Shown one piece after another: positions 9,029 to 19,056 of a stretch of 64,000 nucleotides of DNA (positions are counted from its first letter, which is position 1; each line of letters begins with the position of its first letter). Source of the stretch: an uncultured Chloroflexia bacterium (GTDB taxonomy: Bacteria > Chloroflexota > Chloroflexia > QHBQ01 > JADMIH01); assembly GCA_963797095.1 (NCBI GenBank), contig CAWCNY010000005.1, forward strand, positions 640,001 to 704,000, in the 5' to 3' direction. A program made the translations under genes and the position numbers. The notes beneath the pieces were generated by a model. The model was not told the origin of the DNA. It did no database searches and saw only the letters and a program-made list of their open reading frames with translations.

Positions 9029-10438
9029 ATGAAAGAGCCTACTGCTAGCCTGATTATTCATTCGGCCTCCGAGCTTGTTACTTGCGCTTTGCCTTCTGCT
9101 AATTTGGAGGAACCTGCGCCTGCTCGTCCGGTGCCGGAGGTTGGGGGCCGGAAGGCGGAGGATGGAGGGCCGAGGCGAGGGTCTGAGCAGGGGGAGGCCG
9201 GGATCATCCATAACGGGGCGGTGGCGATCAGGCAGGGGCATATCCTGGCGGCCGGGGCGACCGAGGCGATTATGCCGAGGTATCGAGGGGAGGATACGCG
9301 CCTGATCGATGCTTCGGGGAAGACAGTGACGCCGGGGCTGGTGGACGCGCACACGCATTTGGTGTGGGCGGGGTGGCGTGACGAAGAGTATGAACTGCGA
9401 TTGAAGGGAGCCACCTACCTTGAGATTATGGAGGCTGGGGGCGGGATCATGTCGACGGTGAGGGCGACGCGGCTGGCGGATGAAGACGAGCTAAAGGAGC
9501 TTGTGCGAGAGCGGCTGATGAGGATGCTCGCGCATGGGACGACTACGGTTGAGATCAAGAGCGGGTATGGGCTGTCGGTTGAGGCAGAGTTGAAATCGCT
9601 GTGGGCTATACGGGACCTGAATATCGAGTTGCAGGAAGCGGGGACGGGACCGCGCATCGCTGCTACATTTTTGGGAGGGCACGCTGTGCCGGAGGAGTAC
9701 GCCGACAGTCCGGATGATTATGTCAACTTGATCGTTGAGAAGATGCTGCCTACTGTGGCACAGGAAGGATTGGCGGAGTGGTGCGATGTGTTCTGCGACG
9801 TAGGGGCGTTCAGCGCGGAGCAGACGCGGCGGATATTGCAGAGGGCCACGGAGTTGGGCTTGGGGGTGCGGCTGCATGCTAACGAGTTCGAGAGGATCGG
9901 GGCGGTGCAGGTGGCGGCGGAGTTCGGGGCGGTGTCGGCTGACCATTTGCTGGTTATGGAGGAGGAGGATATCAAGGCGCTAAGGGACGCGGGAACGGTA
10001 GCGGTGCTGCTGCCGGGCACGCCGCTTGGGTTGGGGTTGAAGAATTATGCCCCGGCAAGGGCGCTCATTGATGCGGGGGTGCCGGTGGCACTGGCAACGG
10101 ATTGCAATCCAGGGACGTGCCCATCGGAGAACCTGGCGCTGATGATCTCGCTGGCTTGCTCGCAGATGAGGATGACGCCCACCGAGGCGACTGTGGCAGC
10201 CACGATCAATAGTGCATATGCGTTGAACAGGGGGCATATTGTGGGGAGCCTCGAGCCGGGGAAGATGGCCGACCTGGTGATCTGGAACGCGCCCAATCAC
10301 CGGCATTTGGCGTATCATTTCGGGGTGAATTTGGCGGAAGCTGTATTTGTGGGTGGGGCGCAGGTCGGGGGTGGTTATTCGGAGACGGAGATCGAGGTCT
10401 ACGTGGAAGAAGAGGCGATAGAGCGATTCTTGTCTTGA
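9029..10438 (+). CDS. hutI: Imidazolonepropionase
   Basis: PGLVDAHTHLV, GGGIMSTV, GTTTVEIKSGYGL, ATDCNPGT; start reset to the ATG 6 nt after TATATT. Confidence 0.93.
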   Translation: MKEPTASLIIHSASELVTCALPSANLEEPAPARPVPEVGGRKAEDGGPRRGSEQGEAGIIHNGAVAIRQGHILAAGATEAIMPRYRGEDTRLIDASGKTVTPGLVDAHTHLVWAGWRDEEYELRLKGATYLEIMEAGGGIMSTVRATRLADEDELKELVRERLMRMLAHGTTTVEIKSGYGLSVEAELKSLWAIRDLNIELQEAGTGPRIAATFLGGHAVPEEYADSPDDYVNLIVEKMLPTVAQEGLAEWCDVFCDVGAFSAEQTRRILQRATELGLGVRLHANEFERIGAVQVAAEFGAVSADHLLVMEEEDIKALRDAGTVAVLLPGTPLGLGLKNYAPARALIDAGVPVALATDCNPGTCPSENLALMISLACSQMRMTPTEATVAATINSAYALNRGHIVGSLEPGKMADLVIWNAPNHRHLAYHFGVNLAEAVFVGGAQVGGGYSETEIEVYVEEEAIERFLS

Positions 10439-10539
10439 TATATGATTGGTCCACGGCACGCTAATTGCAATGTTATGCAATGAAGATTATGCCGATATAT
10501 CCCTGACGGGGCTGATATTTCGGGGCAATGGAGCCTACA

Positions 10540-11079
10540 ATGAGCAAGCGGAAGAAGACAATAGTTGTGGATGGGGCCAATCTCGCTTATGAAGAGATGA
10601 CGCAAGACCGCAAGCCGAAGGTCTCGAACATCAAGGCAGTGATGCAAAAGATCCGGGGGATGGGATTGCGTCCGATTGTGATCGTGGATGCGAGCCTGAT
10701 ACACGATGTTGATAAGCCGGACCAACTGGATGCAATGATCAACTCAGGGCAGATCAAGCAGGTGCCCGCAGGGACGAACGCCGATTACTTTATTCTGAAG
10801 ATCGCCAAAGAGCATAACGCGCAGATCGTGACCAATGACCAGTACAAGGATTTTGCAAAGCAGTTCCCGAAGATCGATGAGCGCAGAGTGCCCGCTATGA
10901 TCGTGGATGGTACGGTGGAGATATATGAGCCTGCGCTGAATGTAGCAGACAACGGCAATGGGCAGAACAACCACGACAGGCATGGCAGGGCGAACGCGCA
11001 CCATAGCAATAAAGATGGTGGTAAGCGTCAAGGTAAAAGACAGGTGAATAAAAAGGAGAGGGCAAAAAGCTCGCCATAG
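10540..11079 (+). CDS. NYN/PIN-fold ribonuclease (Zc3h12a/Regnase-like)
   Basis: IVVDGANLA, IVDASL, ADYFIL, IVTNDQYKDF acidic motifs. Confidence 0.8.
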   Translation: MSKRKKTIVVDGANLAYEEMTQDRKPKVSNIKAVMQKIRGMGLRPIVIVDASLIHDVDKPDQLDAMINSGQIKQVPAGTNADYFILKIAKEHNAQIVTNDQYKDFAKQFPKIDERRVPAMIVDGTVEIYEPALNVADNGNGQNNHDRHGRANAHHSNKDGGKRQGKRQVNKKERAKSSP

Positions 11080-11087
11080 GGAACGTA

Positions 11088-12152
11088 TTACGGCGCGCTG
11101 ACGCTGAGGGTAAAGGCGGGGCGAACCACGCCCACCACATCGCCGGGGCGATTGCGAACCTCTTCCAGCCAGTATCGTTCCAGCTTATTCAGGCTGTCTT
11201 CGTCCAGGAAGCCTCCCTGGCGCAATCCTTCTATTATGGCGGGATTGCGCGCGCGCTGGGAGGGGTCGCCATCGAGCAGTTTGAGGGCAAAACCGGCGGC
11301 GGCCTCGACCGGATCGCCCAATTGCGCCACGCAGTAGACGCCCTCGGCCCCGGCTTTGGCTACGATGCCATCGGCGGCACGCATGAGGTCGGTGTCGATG
11401 CGACCCCTGGTGGCGGCCACCATCTCAGGATAGGCGCGCATGGCGGCGGTGATCCTGCGGACGGCGGTACGGCGCGGTTCGGGCCAGTATTCGGGCTGGC
11501 CGAGGCGGGCGAAAGAGGATGCCATGCGATGCACGGAAATGCCGAAGGTGCAGACGCCGCAGCCGTCTACGCCAACGTGAACGTCGTTGGGGTGGAGGCC
11601 AGCGAAATCGGCGACGGTCTGGAGGATGGTTTGTTGAACGGGGTGGCGGGGGGATTCGTAGCCGCCGACGGGCCAGCCGTGGAAGCGGGCCAGGGCGAGC
11701 ATGCCAGCGTGTTTGCCTGAGCAGTTGTTGTGGAGGACGGTGGGGGGCTCGCCGCGCTCTTGCAATTCGCGCGAAGCCTCTTTGTCGAGGGGAAAGTGGA
11801 CGCCACAGGCGAGGGCGTCGGGGGTGAGGCCTATTTTGGAGAGAATTCTGGATACGACTTCGACATGGATGTCTTCGCCGCCATGGGAGCCGCAGATGAT
11901 GGCGATCTCCTGTTCGGTGAGGCCGAAGTGGTCGGCAGCGCCACTTTCGACGAGGGGCACGGCCTGGATGGGCTTGGAGGAGGAGCGGTAGTAGGCAAGG
12001 GTGCCGGGGTTGCCCGCCCAGGCGAGTAGCTCGTTTTCGACGTTACAAATGGCGATGGCTCCAAAGTGGACCGATTCGATCATTGGGCCACGGGTTACTT
12101 CTACGAGGATGGCGGGGCTGCGTTCGGGGTTGTGTTTGGGGTCTGTTGTCAT
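11088..12152 (-). CDS. L-asparaginase II (Rhizobium etli AnsA type)
   Basis: RSSSKPIQA, SHGGE, NNCSGKHAGML, DGCG, KAGAEGV. Confidence 0.92.
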   Translation of the reverse strand: MTTDPKHNPERSPAILVEVTRGPMIESVHFGAIAICNVENELLAWAGNPGTLAYYRSSSKPIQAVPLVESGAADHFGLTEQEIAIICGSHGGEDIHVEVVSRILSKIGLTPDALACGVHFPLDKEASRELQERGEPPTVLHNNCSGKHAGMLALARFHGWPVGGYESPRHPVQQTILQTVADFAGLHPNDVHVGVDGCGVCTFGISVHRMASSFARLGQPEYWPEPRRTAVRRITAAMRAYPEMVAATRGRIDTDLMRAADGIVAKAGAEGVYCVAQLGDPVEAAAGFALKLLDGDPSQRARNPAIIEGLRQGGFLDEDSLNKLERYWLEEVRNRPGDVVGVVRPAFTLSVSAP

Positions 12153-12191
12153 GGGGGTCTCGTGATACGTGATACGTGGGGTCGTTAGTTG

Positions 12192-12926
12192 CTAGTTCCT
12201 GGTTCCTGGTTCCTGGTTGTTGGTAGTCGGAGGTCGGTAGTTGGAGGGATGGGTTGGTTGTTGGGGATTGGGTAGTTTTAGGGTTATTGAGAGGCCGTCG
12301 CGCAGGGGGATTATTGTGGTTGTCAGGCGGGGGTGGTTGGAGACTGCTTTGTTGAAGGCGGCTATGCCCTGGGTGGAGGGGGAGGGGTTCTGGGGGTCCA
12401 GGACGCCGCCTGAGCGGATGGCGTTGTCGGATAGGAGGAGGCCACCAGGGCGGAGACGGCGGAGGCAGCGGTCGAGCATATGGAGGGCGGTGTCGGGTTT
12501 GTCGAACTGGGTGAGGATGTCGAGGAAGATTAGGTCAAAGCTCTCTTCCATGCCGTTCATGAGGACCAGGGCGTCGCCACGGCGGACGGCGCAGGTGCTG
12601 GAGAGATCGGCCTGGCGGAAGTAGGCTTCGGCCCAGGAGGCGCGGGCGTCGTCTTTTTCCAGGGTGACTACGCGGCCTTCGTTTTGGCGGGCGGCGAGGG
12701 CTAACCAGAAGGCGGAATAGCCGATGGCGGTGCCGACATCGAGGATGTCTTTGGCGCGAGTGGAGAGGGCGAGGGTGTAGAGGAAGTGGCCCTCAATAGG
12801 GCCTATGATGGGGACGTTTTCACGCTCGGCGTGGGCTTCCATGTCGGCCAGGACGCCCTGGCGGGCAGGGATCAATGATAGTAGGTATTCTTCTACTCTG
12901 GGGTCTGTTATTCCGAAGTGTTTCAT
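12192..12926 (-). CDS. Class I SAM-dependent O-methyltransferase
   Basis: LDVGTAIGYSA, FDLIFLD, GGLLLSDN, PLRDG; heptamer-repeat-derived C-terminal tail. Confidence 0.9.
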   Translation of the reverse strand: MKHFGITDPRVEEYLLSLIPARQGVLADMEAHAERENVPIIGPIEGHFLYTLALSTRAKDILDVGTAIGYSAFWLALAARQNEGRVVTLEKDDARASWAEAYFRQADLSSTCAVRRGDALVLMNGMEESFDLIFLDILTQFDKPDTALHMLDRCLRRLRPGGLLLSDNAIRSGGVLDPQNPSPSTQGIAAFNKAVSNHPRLTTTIIPLRDGLSITLKLPNPQQPTHPSNYRPPTTNNQEPGTRN

Positions 12927-12970
12927 TTTTTGTGTTCTCTTTTTGTTTCTTACAGGTTGGGGTAGGAGAG

Positions 12971-13310
12971 ACCCCTCACCCCCGGCACCTCTCCCCTATC
13001 AGGGGAGAGGGGAGTTAATAAAGAGAAGAAGTAGAGTTGAGGGGACGCCCCCCAAACCCCCTGTCAGGGGAGTACCCCTGCACCCCCTTCTGCTGTGTGT
13101 TAGGGAAGAGGCGACACCCCCAATCCCCCTGTCAGGGGAGAACCTCTTCGCTCCCACTTTTGCCGGATAAGCGAGGAAAGAATTGGGGGAACACCTCCCG
13201 AACAGCCTGACAGGCTGTTTCGCCTGCACCCCCTTTGTGGTTGGGTGGTAGAGGAAGGGTTGGGGATACCCTAAGCCCCGCAGGCGACTTCATCGCCGCA
13301 CCCCTTTTGT
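12971..13310. repeat. Composite repeat module, copy D, plus 3 tandem half-modules
   Basis: Full module at 12971-13090; GGGGA(C)ACCCCCAA..CCTG(T)CAGG..GCACCCC variants at ~13110, ~13185 and ~13260. Confidence 0.75.
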
Positions 13311-13374
13311 GCCTGGATAGTGTAGGGAGATGAAGGCACGCATAACCCTCGGTAAGCGGTTTCGGTTGCGCTCT

Positions 13375-13839
13375 TTATTCTTCATGCTCGTGGCCGAAGA
13401 CGGCTTTGTAGTCTTGTTGGATTTCCCAGGCTTCGTTGAAGCGGGGTGTGGGTTTGCCTTCTTGTTGGGTCCATTGATGAAGGCAGCGGGTGCACCGGTA
13501 GGTGAAGATGCGGACTGCATGGGTTTCCCTGGAAACGCGATGGGCAGTCCAGGCAGCGATGATCGTCAGGGATAGTATACCAGCCGTGATAAGTATTAAC
13601 CATGTTGAATCTGGACCGAAAAGCCAGGTAACCCCCAGGTAAGACACGAGTACAGATGCGACGAAGATCGTGCCTGTGACCTGTGCATCTAGAGCGCCCA
13701 TCTGACGATAGGTTTTGCCGGTGCGGAGGTCACGCCAAAGCATCCCCACGTAGTTTCCGAATGCGCCGCAATTGGGGCATTGGGTGGGCGATAGCTGGCT
13801 AGGGTGGGCAGAGGCAGGGGGTTGAGGCCAGAGTTTCAT
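13375..13839 (-). CDS. Hypothetical membrane protein with split Zn-ribbon
   Basis: CPNC..two TM segments..CTRC; ATGA 4-bp overlap with the upstream DUF1786 gene. Confidence 0.6.
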   Translation of the reverse strand: MKLWPQPPASAHPSQLSPTQCPNCGAFGNYVGMLWRDLRTGKTYRQMGALDAQVTGTIFVASVLVSYLGVTWLFGPDSTWLILITAGILSLTIIAAWTAHRVSRETHAVRIFTYRCTRCLHQWTQQEGKPTPRFNEAWEIQQDYKAVFGHEHEE

Positions 13840-15005
13840 TTGGGAGCGTCCAACCGGGATTGGATGTCGGGGGCGTGCTGGGGGAAGTGGACGGCGAAGG
13901 CGCGGAGGAGGCCATAGCAGCCGGAGAGCATCATGTCGCCGTGGGGGACGGCCATGTAGACGGGCCAGGGAGTGGGTATGCCTGAGAGCATGGAGCGGCG
14001 GGGGCCTGTTACCATGCAGAGGGTGGGTTCGGATGTTGGGGCGATGGTGTCATCGTGGGGGAGGGTGAGAGCGCCGTGACCGCTGGTGTCGAAGATTTCG
14101 GCGTTGGTGAGGCTGCCGGCGGCGAGGGAGCGGAGGAAGCTGACCAGGCGAGGGGCGTCGATTTCGCCTGTGTGATGCTCGAAGAGGGCGCGAATGCGGT
14201 TGCCTACTATGTGGAAGGCGAGGACATGGAAGTTGCCTACATTGACGAAGAGGGCGTCGCCCTGCGCGGCTTCGCGGACGATGGGGTCGCCGAGAGCGCC
14301 GAGGAGGGCGGCGGGGCCAGTGTCCATTAGGAGTAGGAGGGGGTGGGCGCGGTCGGATTGGGCGATGGTGGAGGCTACGGCCTGGAGACGGGTGAGGTCG
14401 GGGTGGACTTGAGCGGAGGGGGAGGCGAAGGCGGCGAGAGCCTGGGAGATGGGCTTGTCGCCCCAGGTTTGTAGCTGATGGGATATGTAGTCGAAGCGGA
14501 AACGGCGGTCGCTGTAGCCGGGTGGGGCGTTGCCGTGGTCGAAGACGGCTACGGCGAGGGCATCGTATTGGGTGGGTTCGTGGAAGCCTGATAGGGCAGA
14601 GTGGATGGAGTGGAGGGTTACATCCTCCATTGTTATGAGGGTAGAGCGGCTGGGGCCGAGGTCGTGGTGGAGGGATTGGAGGGCGTCGGGGGGGATTATC
14701 TGGATGCCCATTGCTTCCACGCGGGAGAGGTCGTCGTCGAAGGTGCGGGCGGCGTCGGGGACGGCGTAGACGGGGAGGTTGGCGCGCAGGTGGTCTTCGA
14801 CGGCCCATGCTCCGGGGCCACCGCCCATTGTGACGCCGGTGAGAAGGAGGGTGTGGGATCTGGCGGTGGCTTCGCGGACGCGGCGGGCGACGATCTGGGT
14901 GGGGGAAGGCATGATCATCTGCACGCAGTTTTCGATCTCGGTGGAGGAGTCGAAGAGGAGGATGTCCTGGGTGCCGGTGCCTACGTCAATGGTGAGGATT
15001 CGCAT
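13836..15005 (-). CDS. DUF1786 family protein (actin-like ATPase fold)
   Basis: MRILTIDVGTGTQDIL, GVTMGGGP, DHG, MDTGPAA, NVGNFH, FEHHT, PHGDMMLSGCYGL. Confidence 0.85.
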   Translation of the reverse strand: MRILTIDVGTGTQDILLFDSSTEIENCVQMIMPSPTQIVARRVREATARSHTLLLTGVTMGGGPGAWAVEDHLRANLPVYAVPDAARTFDDDLSRVEAMGIQIIPPDALQSLHHDLGPSRSTLITMEDVTLHSIHSALSGFHEPTQYDALAVAVFDHGNAPPGYSDRRFRFDYISHQLQTWGDKPISQALAAFASPSAQVHPDLTRLQAVASTIAQSDRAHPLLLLMDTGPAALLGALGDPIVREAAQGDALFVNVGNFHVLAFHIVGNRIRALFEHHTGEIDAPRLVSFLRSLAAGSLTNAEIFDTSGHGALTLPHDDTIAPTSEPTLCMVTGPRRSMLSGIPTPWPVYMAVPHGDMMLSGCYGLLRAFAVHFPQHAPDIQSRLDAPK

Positions 15006-15071
15006 GGGTAGTGGGTAATAGGATCTTTGTTAAGGGTCTGTGCTTTTTGGCGTGGTGTGCTTCCAAAGGGT

Positions 15072-15151
15072 GATCTTAGCGAGCGAGATCCTTCACTTCG
15101 TTCAGGATGACAACCTCTTTGTTGGTTCGTTTCTTGCCACAATTTCGTTAG
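15072..15151. repeat. ~80-bp dispersed repeat, copy 2
   Basis: Matches 730-810; an extra CAGGATGACA follows at 15181. Confidence 0.75.
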
Positions 15152-15234
15152 CGAAGTACTCAGGAAGACAAGTTCTGAGTCAGGATGACAGGCCCTGAGG
15201 TGGGATGGTTGTAGATTATTCTTGCCGGATACCG

Positions 15235-16128
15235 TTAGCTGCCGGCGAGGACTTCTACTTGCTCGCCTACCAGACGCCAGACTATGGGGCGCATCTGGTC
15301 GGGGTCGGCGCTGGTGTAGACCGTGAGGGTGCCTTTGCGGTCTTGTGGGTAGAGGAGGCCGCGCGAGGCTAGGACGCGGGCGGTCTGGCGGGAGACGCCT
15401 TCTCCGGAGTCGATGAGGAGGATGGTGTCGCCCACTACTTTGCGAACAAGAGGGGCGAGGAAGGGGTAGTGGGTACAGCCGAAAACGATGGCATCGACGT
15501 TGTGTTCGAGCATGGGGGCTAGGAAGCGGCGAACTGAGGCTTCGGTCTGGGGAGTATCGAGGTCGCCGCGCTCTACGGCCTCTACCCAGCCTTCGGGGGC
15601 TACTTTGATCACCTGGACGCCTGCGGGGTTGGCGAAGCGGTCGATTACGTCGGTGAGGAGGCGGCCACGGATGGCGGCTTTGGTGGCTAGGACGCCTACG
15701 ACGCCTGTGCGGGTTAGCTCGACGGCGGGCTTGACGGCGGGGACGAGGCCCACTATGGGGAGGGGGTAGGTGGCGCGTAGGTGTTCGAGGCCGGCTGCGG
15801 AGGCAGCGTTGCAGGCGACTACAACGGTCTTGGCGGCGCGCTCCATGAGGAAGGCGGTGATCCAGGCGGAACGGTCGCGGAGCCATTCGTCGGGACGACC
15901 GCCGTAGGGGCAGTTGCCGCTGTCGGCATAGTAGACGATGTCTTCGTGGGGGAGGAGCTGGCGCAGCTCATTGATGATGGAGAGGCCGCCCACGCCGGAG
16001 TCGAATGCGGCGAGCGGACAGAGCGCAGCCAGAGAGGCGAATGGGTAGGGGTTATGCTGGGCGGAACCTTCGAGTTCGCCAGGGCCTACGGCGTTTTCGA
16101 TTGAGTTGGGCATGTATGCCACGGCCAT
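15235..16128 (-). CDS. murI: Glutamate racemase
   Basis: FDSGVGGLS, PYG, VACNAAS, FGCTHYP; start uncertain (16128 chosen as it lies downstream of a TTGACA-17-GATACT promoter). Confidence 0.93.
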   Translation of the reverse strand: MAVAYMPNSIENAVGPGELEGSAQHNPYPFASLAALCPLAAFDSGVGGLSIINELRQLLPHEDIVYYADSGNCPYGGRPDEWLRDRSAWITAFLMERAAKTVVVACNAASAAGLEHLRATYPLPIVGLVPAVKPAVELTRTGVVGVLATKAAIRGRLLTDVIDRFANPAGVQVIKVAPEGWVEAVERGDLDTPQTEASVRRFLAPMLEHNVDAIVFGCTHYPFLAPLVRKVVGDTILLIDSGEGVSRQTARVLASRGLLYPQDRKGTLTVYTSADPDQMRPIVWRLVGEQVEVLAGS

Positions 16129-16393
16129 GGGGGATTGTCCTGTGTATGGGGTTAGTATCTTATGGTGGGAGGCGCTTGTCAAGCGCGAGGCTGTCTTTGG
16201 GTTGAAGCAAAGATGGCTTCTGATACTTTAGGACTGGTACGCCCACCACGACCCCACCCTAAGTCCCTCCCCAGAGTGGGGAGGGACTTTCAAAATAAAG
16301 CAAAAATCGGTCGATCTTTTCTTTATTATGATCCAGATTGGGGTTCGCCAGGTGTAGGAGCGGAATGCAGGGCATTGCCGACATCCCCAGTGG

Positions 16394-17689
16394 TTAGGGT
16401 AGGAGACGGACACCCTCGAACAGGCGGCTTACGTCGAAGAAGGTGATTATCGCCATGAGTGCCAGGAGGACCACCATGCCTGCGAAGTGGACCATGCCTT
16501 CTTTTTCGGGGGCTATCTTGCGGCCACCTCTTAGAAGCTCGATGATGATGAAGAGGAGGCGGCCACCGTCGAGGGCGGGGAGGGGAAGCAGGTTGATCAT
16601 AAAGAGGGAGATGCCGAGGAGGGCGGTGAGGTTGAGGAGGCCGTTGATGCCTGCTTCCTGGGCTACTTCACCGGTCAATTGGCTGATACCTACTATGGAA
16701 GTAACGCCAGGGCCATCGGACTGGCCTGAGAGGGCCTGGGCTATGCCAGCGGGTATGCTGGCGATGACATCCCAGGTGTTCTGGAGAGCGCGGCCCAGGG
16801 CTTCGCCGGGGCTGTAGTATACGGTGCGGATAGGCTCGTAGGTGCCGAAGTCGTAGCGCCCGCCACTGCTATTCACGGTAATCGTGTGCTGTGCTCCGGC
16901 ACGCTGGATTATGAGTTGGACAGGCCCATCGCTGGAAGTGATCAGATATTGGGCTTTGATGTTGTTGTCCACGGGCTGGCCGTTGACAGACAGGATCTCG
17001 TCACCGTTCTGCAGACCCGCTTCGGCGGCTGCGCTGCCATCGCGCACGCTGTCAACTATGGCGGGGGAATACCAGGCGTAAAGGCCAACACCCAGGTAGG
17101 GGGAGGTGGTGTTGGGGGTAATGGTGAGGTTTACTTCCTGGCCGTCGCGCAGGACAGTGTAGACAGTGGGCTTGCCACCATTCTGGTTGCTGAGAGTGCG
17201 AATATCGTCGTCGGAGGCGACGGGCTGACCGGCGATCTTGATGATTTTGTCGCCTACCTGCATACCGGCAACGCCAGCGGGTGCAGTTTCCGTGACAGAT
17301 ACTATACCTGTCAGGGGGGCAAGGTTGGTGTTTATCTCCTGGGTGCCTGAGATAGCCATGCCCGCGAAGATGACGAGGGCCAGGAGGAGGTTCATGGTGG
17401 AACCTGCTGCAAGCACGATGATGCGCTTCCAGGCGGGGGCCATACCGAACGAGCGGGGATCATCGGAGTCGCCGTTTTCGCCGGTGATCTTGACGAAGCC
17501 GCCGATGGGCAGCAGATTCAGGGAATAGTCAATGCCCTTACGACGGATGGCGAAGATGCGCGGCGGGAAGCCTATGCCGAATTCCTCGACTTTGATGCCG
17601 AGCCATATCGCGGTGAAAAAGTGCCCCATCTCGTGAACTATGATCAATATACCGAGTACAGGGACTACCCATAGCCAACTGAAATCCAT
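16394..17689 (-). CDS. rseP: RIP metalloprotease RseP (M50, two PDZ domains)
   Basis: HEMGH, GGFVKI, NLLPLPALDGG; follows dxr. Confidence 0.95.
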   Translation of the reverse strand: MDFSWLWVVPVLGILIIVHEMGHFFTAIWLGIKVEEFGIGFPPRIFAIRRKGIDYSLNLLPIGGFVKITGENGDSDDPRSFGMAPAWKRIIVLAAGSTMNLLLALVIFAGMAISGTQEINTNLAPLTGIVSVTETAPAGVAGMQVGDKIIKIAGQPVASDDDIRTLSNQNGGKPTVYTVLRDGQEVNLTITPNTTSPYLGVGLYAWYSPAIVDSVRDGSAAAEAGLQNGDEILSVNGQPVDNNIKAQYLITSSDGPVQLIIQRAGAQHTITVNSSGGRYDFGTYEPIRTVYYSPGEALGRALQNTWDVIASIPAGIAQALSGQSDGPGVTSIVGISQLTGEVAQEAGINGLLNLTALLGISLFMINLLPLPALDGGRLLFIIIELLRGGRKIAPEKEGMVHFAGMVVLLALMAIITFFDVSRLFEGVRLLP

Positions 17690-17784
17690 TCTTCTAACTC
17701 CGAGGGTGAGGGAAACGTGACTATTTCGTACTGCCTACTGCCTACTGCGTATTGCTTACTTCGTACTACTTAACTCGTCACCTG

Positions 17785-18999
17785 TCACGTTTCATTTATC
17801 ATTTCTTGGGCCTTCTGCCTTGCCCAGTCGTCGGCCCACTTGATGTCTTGTATGTCGGGATGGGGAATGGCGGTTCCAACATGATTTTCGAGCACTTTCT
17901 CTATTATACCAGGAATTTGCCCGAAGCGGATTTCTTCGCGTAGGAAGGAGGCGACGGCTATTTCGTCGGCGGCAGCCATTACGGTGGGGTAGGTGCCACC
18001 TTTGCGCCCGGCCTCGAAGGCGAGGTCGAGGCAAGGGAAGCGGGGGCGGTCGACCGCTTCGAAGTGGAGCGCGCCGAGCGCGGGCCAATCGGCGCGGGGG
18101 TGGGCGGGATTGGGGTAGCGCTGGGGGTGGGTGAGGGCATACTGGATGGGGACGCGCATATCAGGGATGCCTAGCTGGGCTTTGGCTGAGCCGTCTACGA
18201 AGCGCACCATCGAGTGGATAATGCTTTCGGGGTGGACTATCACCTCTATGTCGTCGAAGGGGACGCCGAAGAGCCAGTGGGCTTCGATCACTTCCAGGCC
18301 CTTGTTCATGAGGGTGGCGGAGTCGATGGTGACTTTAGCGCCCATGTTCCAGGTGGGGTGATTGAGGGCCTGGCGGGGTGTGGCGTTGTAGGTGCTCTGG
18401 AGATCCCACTTGCGGAAGGGGCCGCCCGATGCGGTGAGGACGACTTTCTCGATGCAGTCCCAGGCACCGGAGACGCCACGAGTGTCTTCGCGGCGGGGGG
18501 CTTCGGGCTCGCCAACGAGGCACTGCCAGATGGCGCTGTGCTCGCTGTCGATCGGGCGGATGCGGATGCCTTTCTCGCGGGCGAGGGAGGTGACGATGGT
18601 GCCAGCCATCACGAGGGCTTCTTTGTTGGCGAGGGCGATCTGCTTGCCAGCGCCGAGGGCGGCGAGAGTGGGGGCGAAGCCCGCGTGGCCGGTGGTGGCG
18701 ACCACCACCATGTCTACTTCGGGGTGGGTAGCGAGTTCGACCATGCCGGATTCGCCTGAGAGGATGCGAGAGTCGTTGCGGGCGGCTTGTTCTTCGGCGA
18801 GGGCGAGGAGGAGGGGAGGTTGTGGGAGGGAGGCGGCTTGCTTCAGGAGGGCGCCGCGGTCGCGGCCCGCGCCGAGGGCGACCACCTGGAAATGGTCCGG
18901 GAGGCGGCTGACTACGTCGAGGGTCTGGGTGCCGATGGAGCCGGTTGAGCCGAGGATGGCAATACGGATTTTGGATTTTGGATTTTGGATTTTGGACAT
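17785..18999 (-). CDS. dxr: 1-deoxy-D-xylulose-5-phosphate reductoisomerase
   Basis: LGSTGSIG, LANKE, DSEHSA, TASGGPFR, MGAKVTIDSATLMNKGLE. Confidence 0.97.
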   Translation of the reverse strand: MSKIQNPKSKIRIAILGSTGSIGTQTLDVVSRLPDHFQVVALGAGRDRGALLKQAASLPQPPLLLALAEEQAARNDSRILSGESGMVELATHPEVDMVVVATTGHAGFAPTLAALGAGKQIALANKEALVMAGTIVTSLAREKGIRIRPIDSEHSAIWQCLVGEPEAPRREDTRGVSGAWDCIEKVVLTASGGPFRKWDLQSTYNATPRQALNHPTWNMGAKVTIDSATLMNKGLEVIEAHWLFGVPFDDIEVIVHPESIIHSMVRFVDGSAKAQLGIPDMRVPIQYALTHPQRYPNPAHPRADWPALGALHFEAVDRPRFPCLDLAFEAGRKGGTYPTVMAAADEIAVASFLREEIRFGQIPGIIEKVLENHVGTAIPHPDIQDIKWADDWARQKAQEMINET

Positions 19000-19056
19000 T
19001 CGAAGTGTAATTCAGGGAACCACAGAGGCACTGAGGCACTGAGGTTCTTTTGGGTT

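Noticed and set aside
3784-13310. CRISPR array from the recurring GGGGACACCCC/CCCTGCACCCC units
   Set aside because: Units are degenerate, dispersed and irregularly spaced; no unique equal-length spacers and no cas genes.
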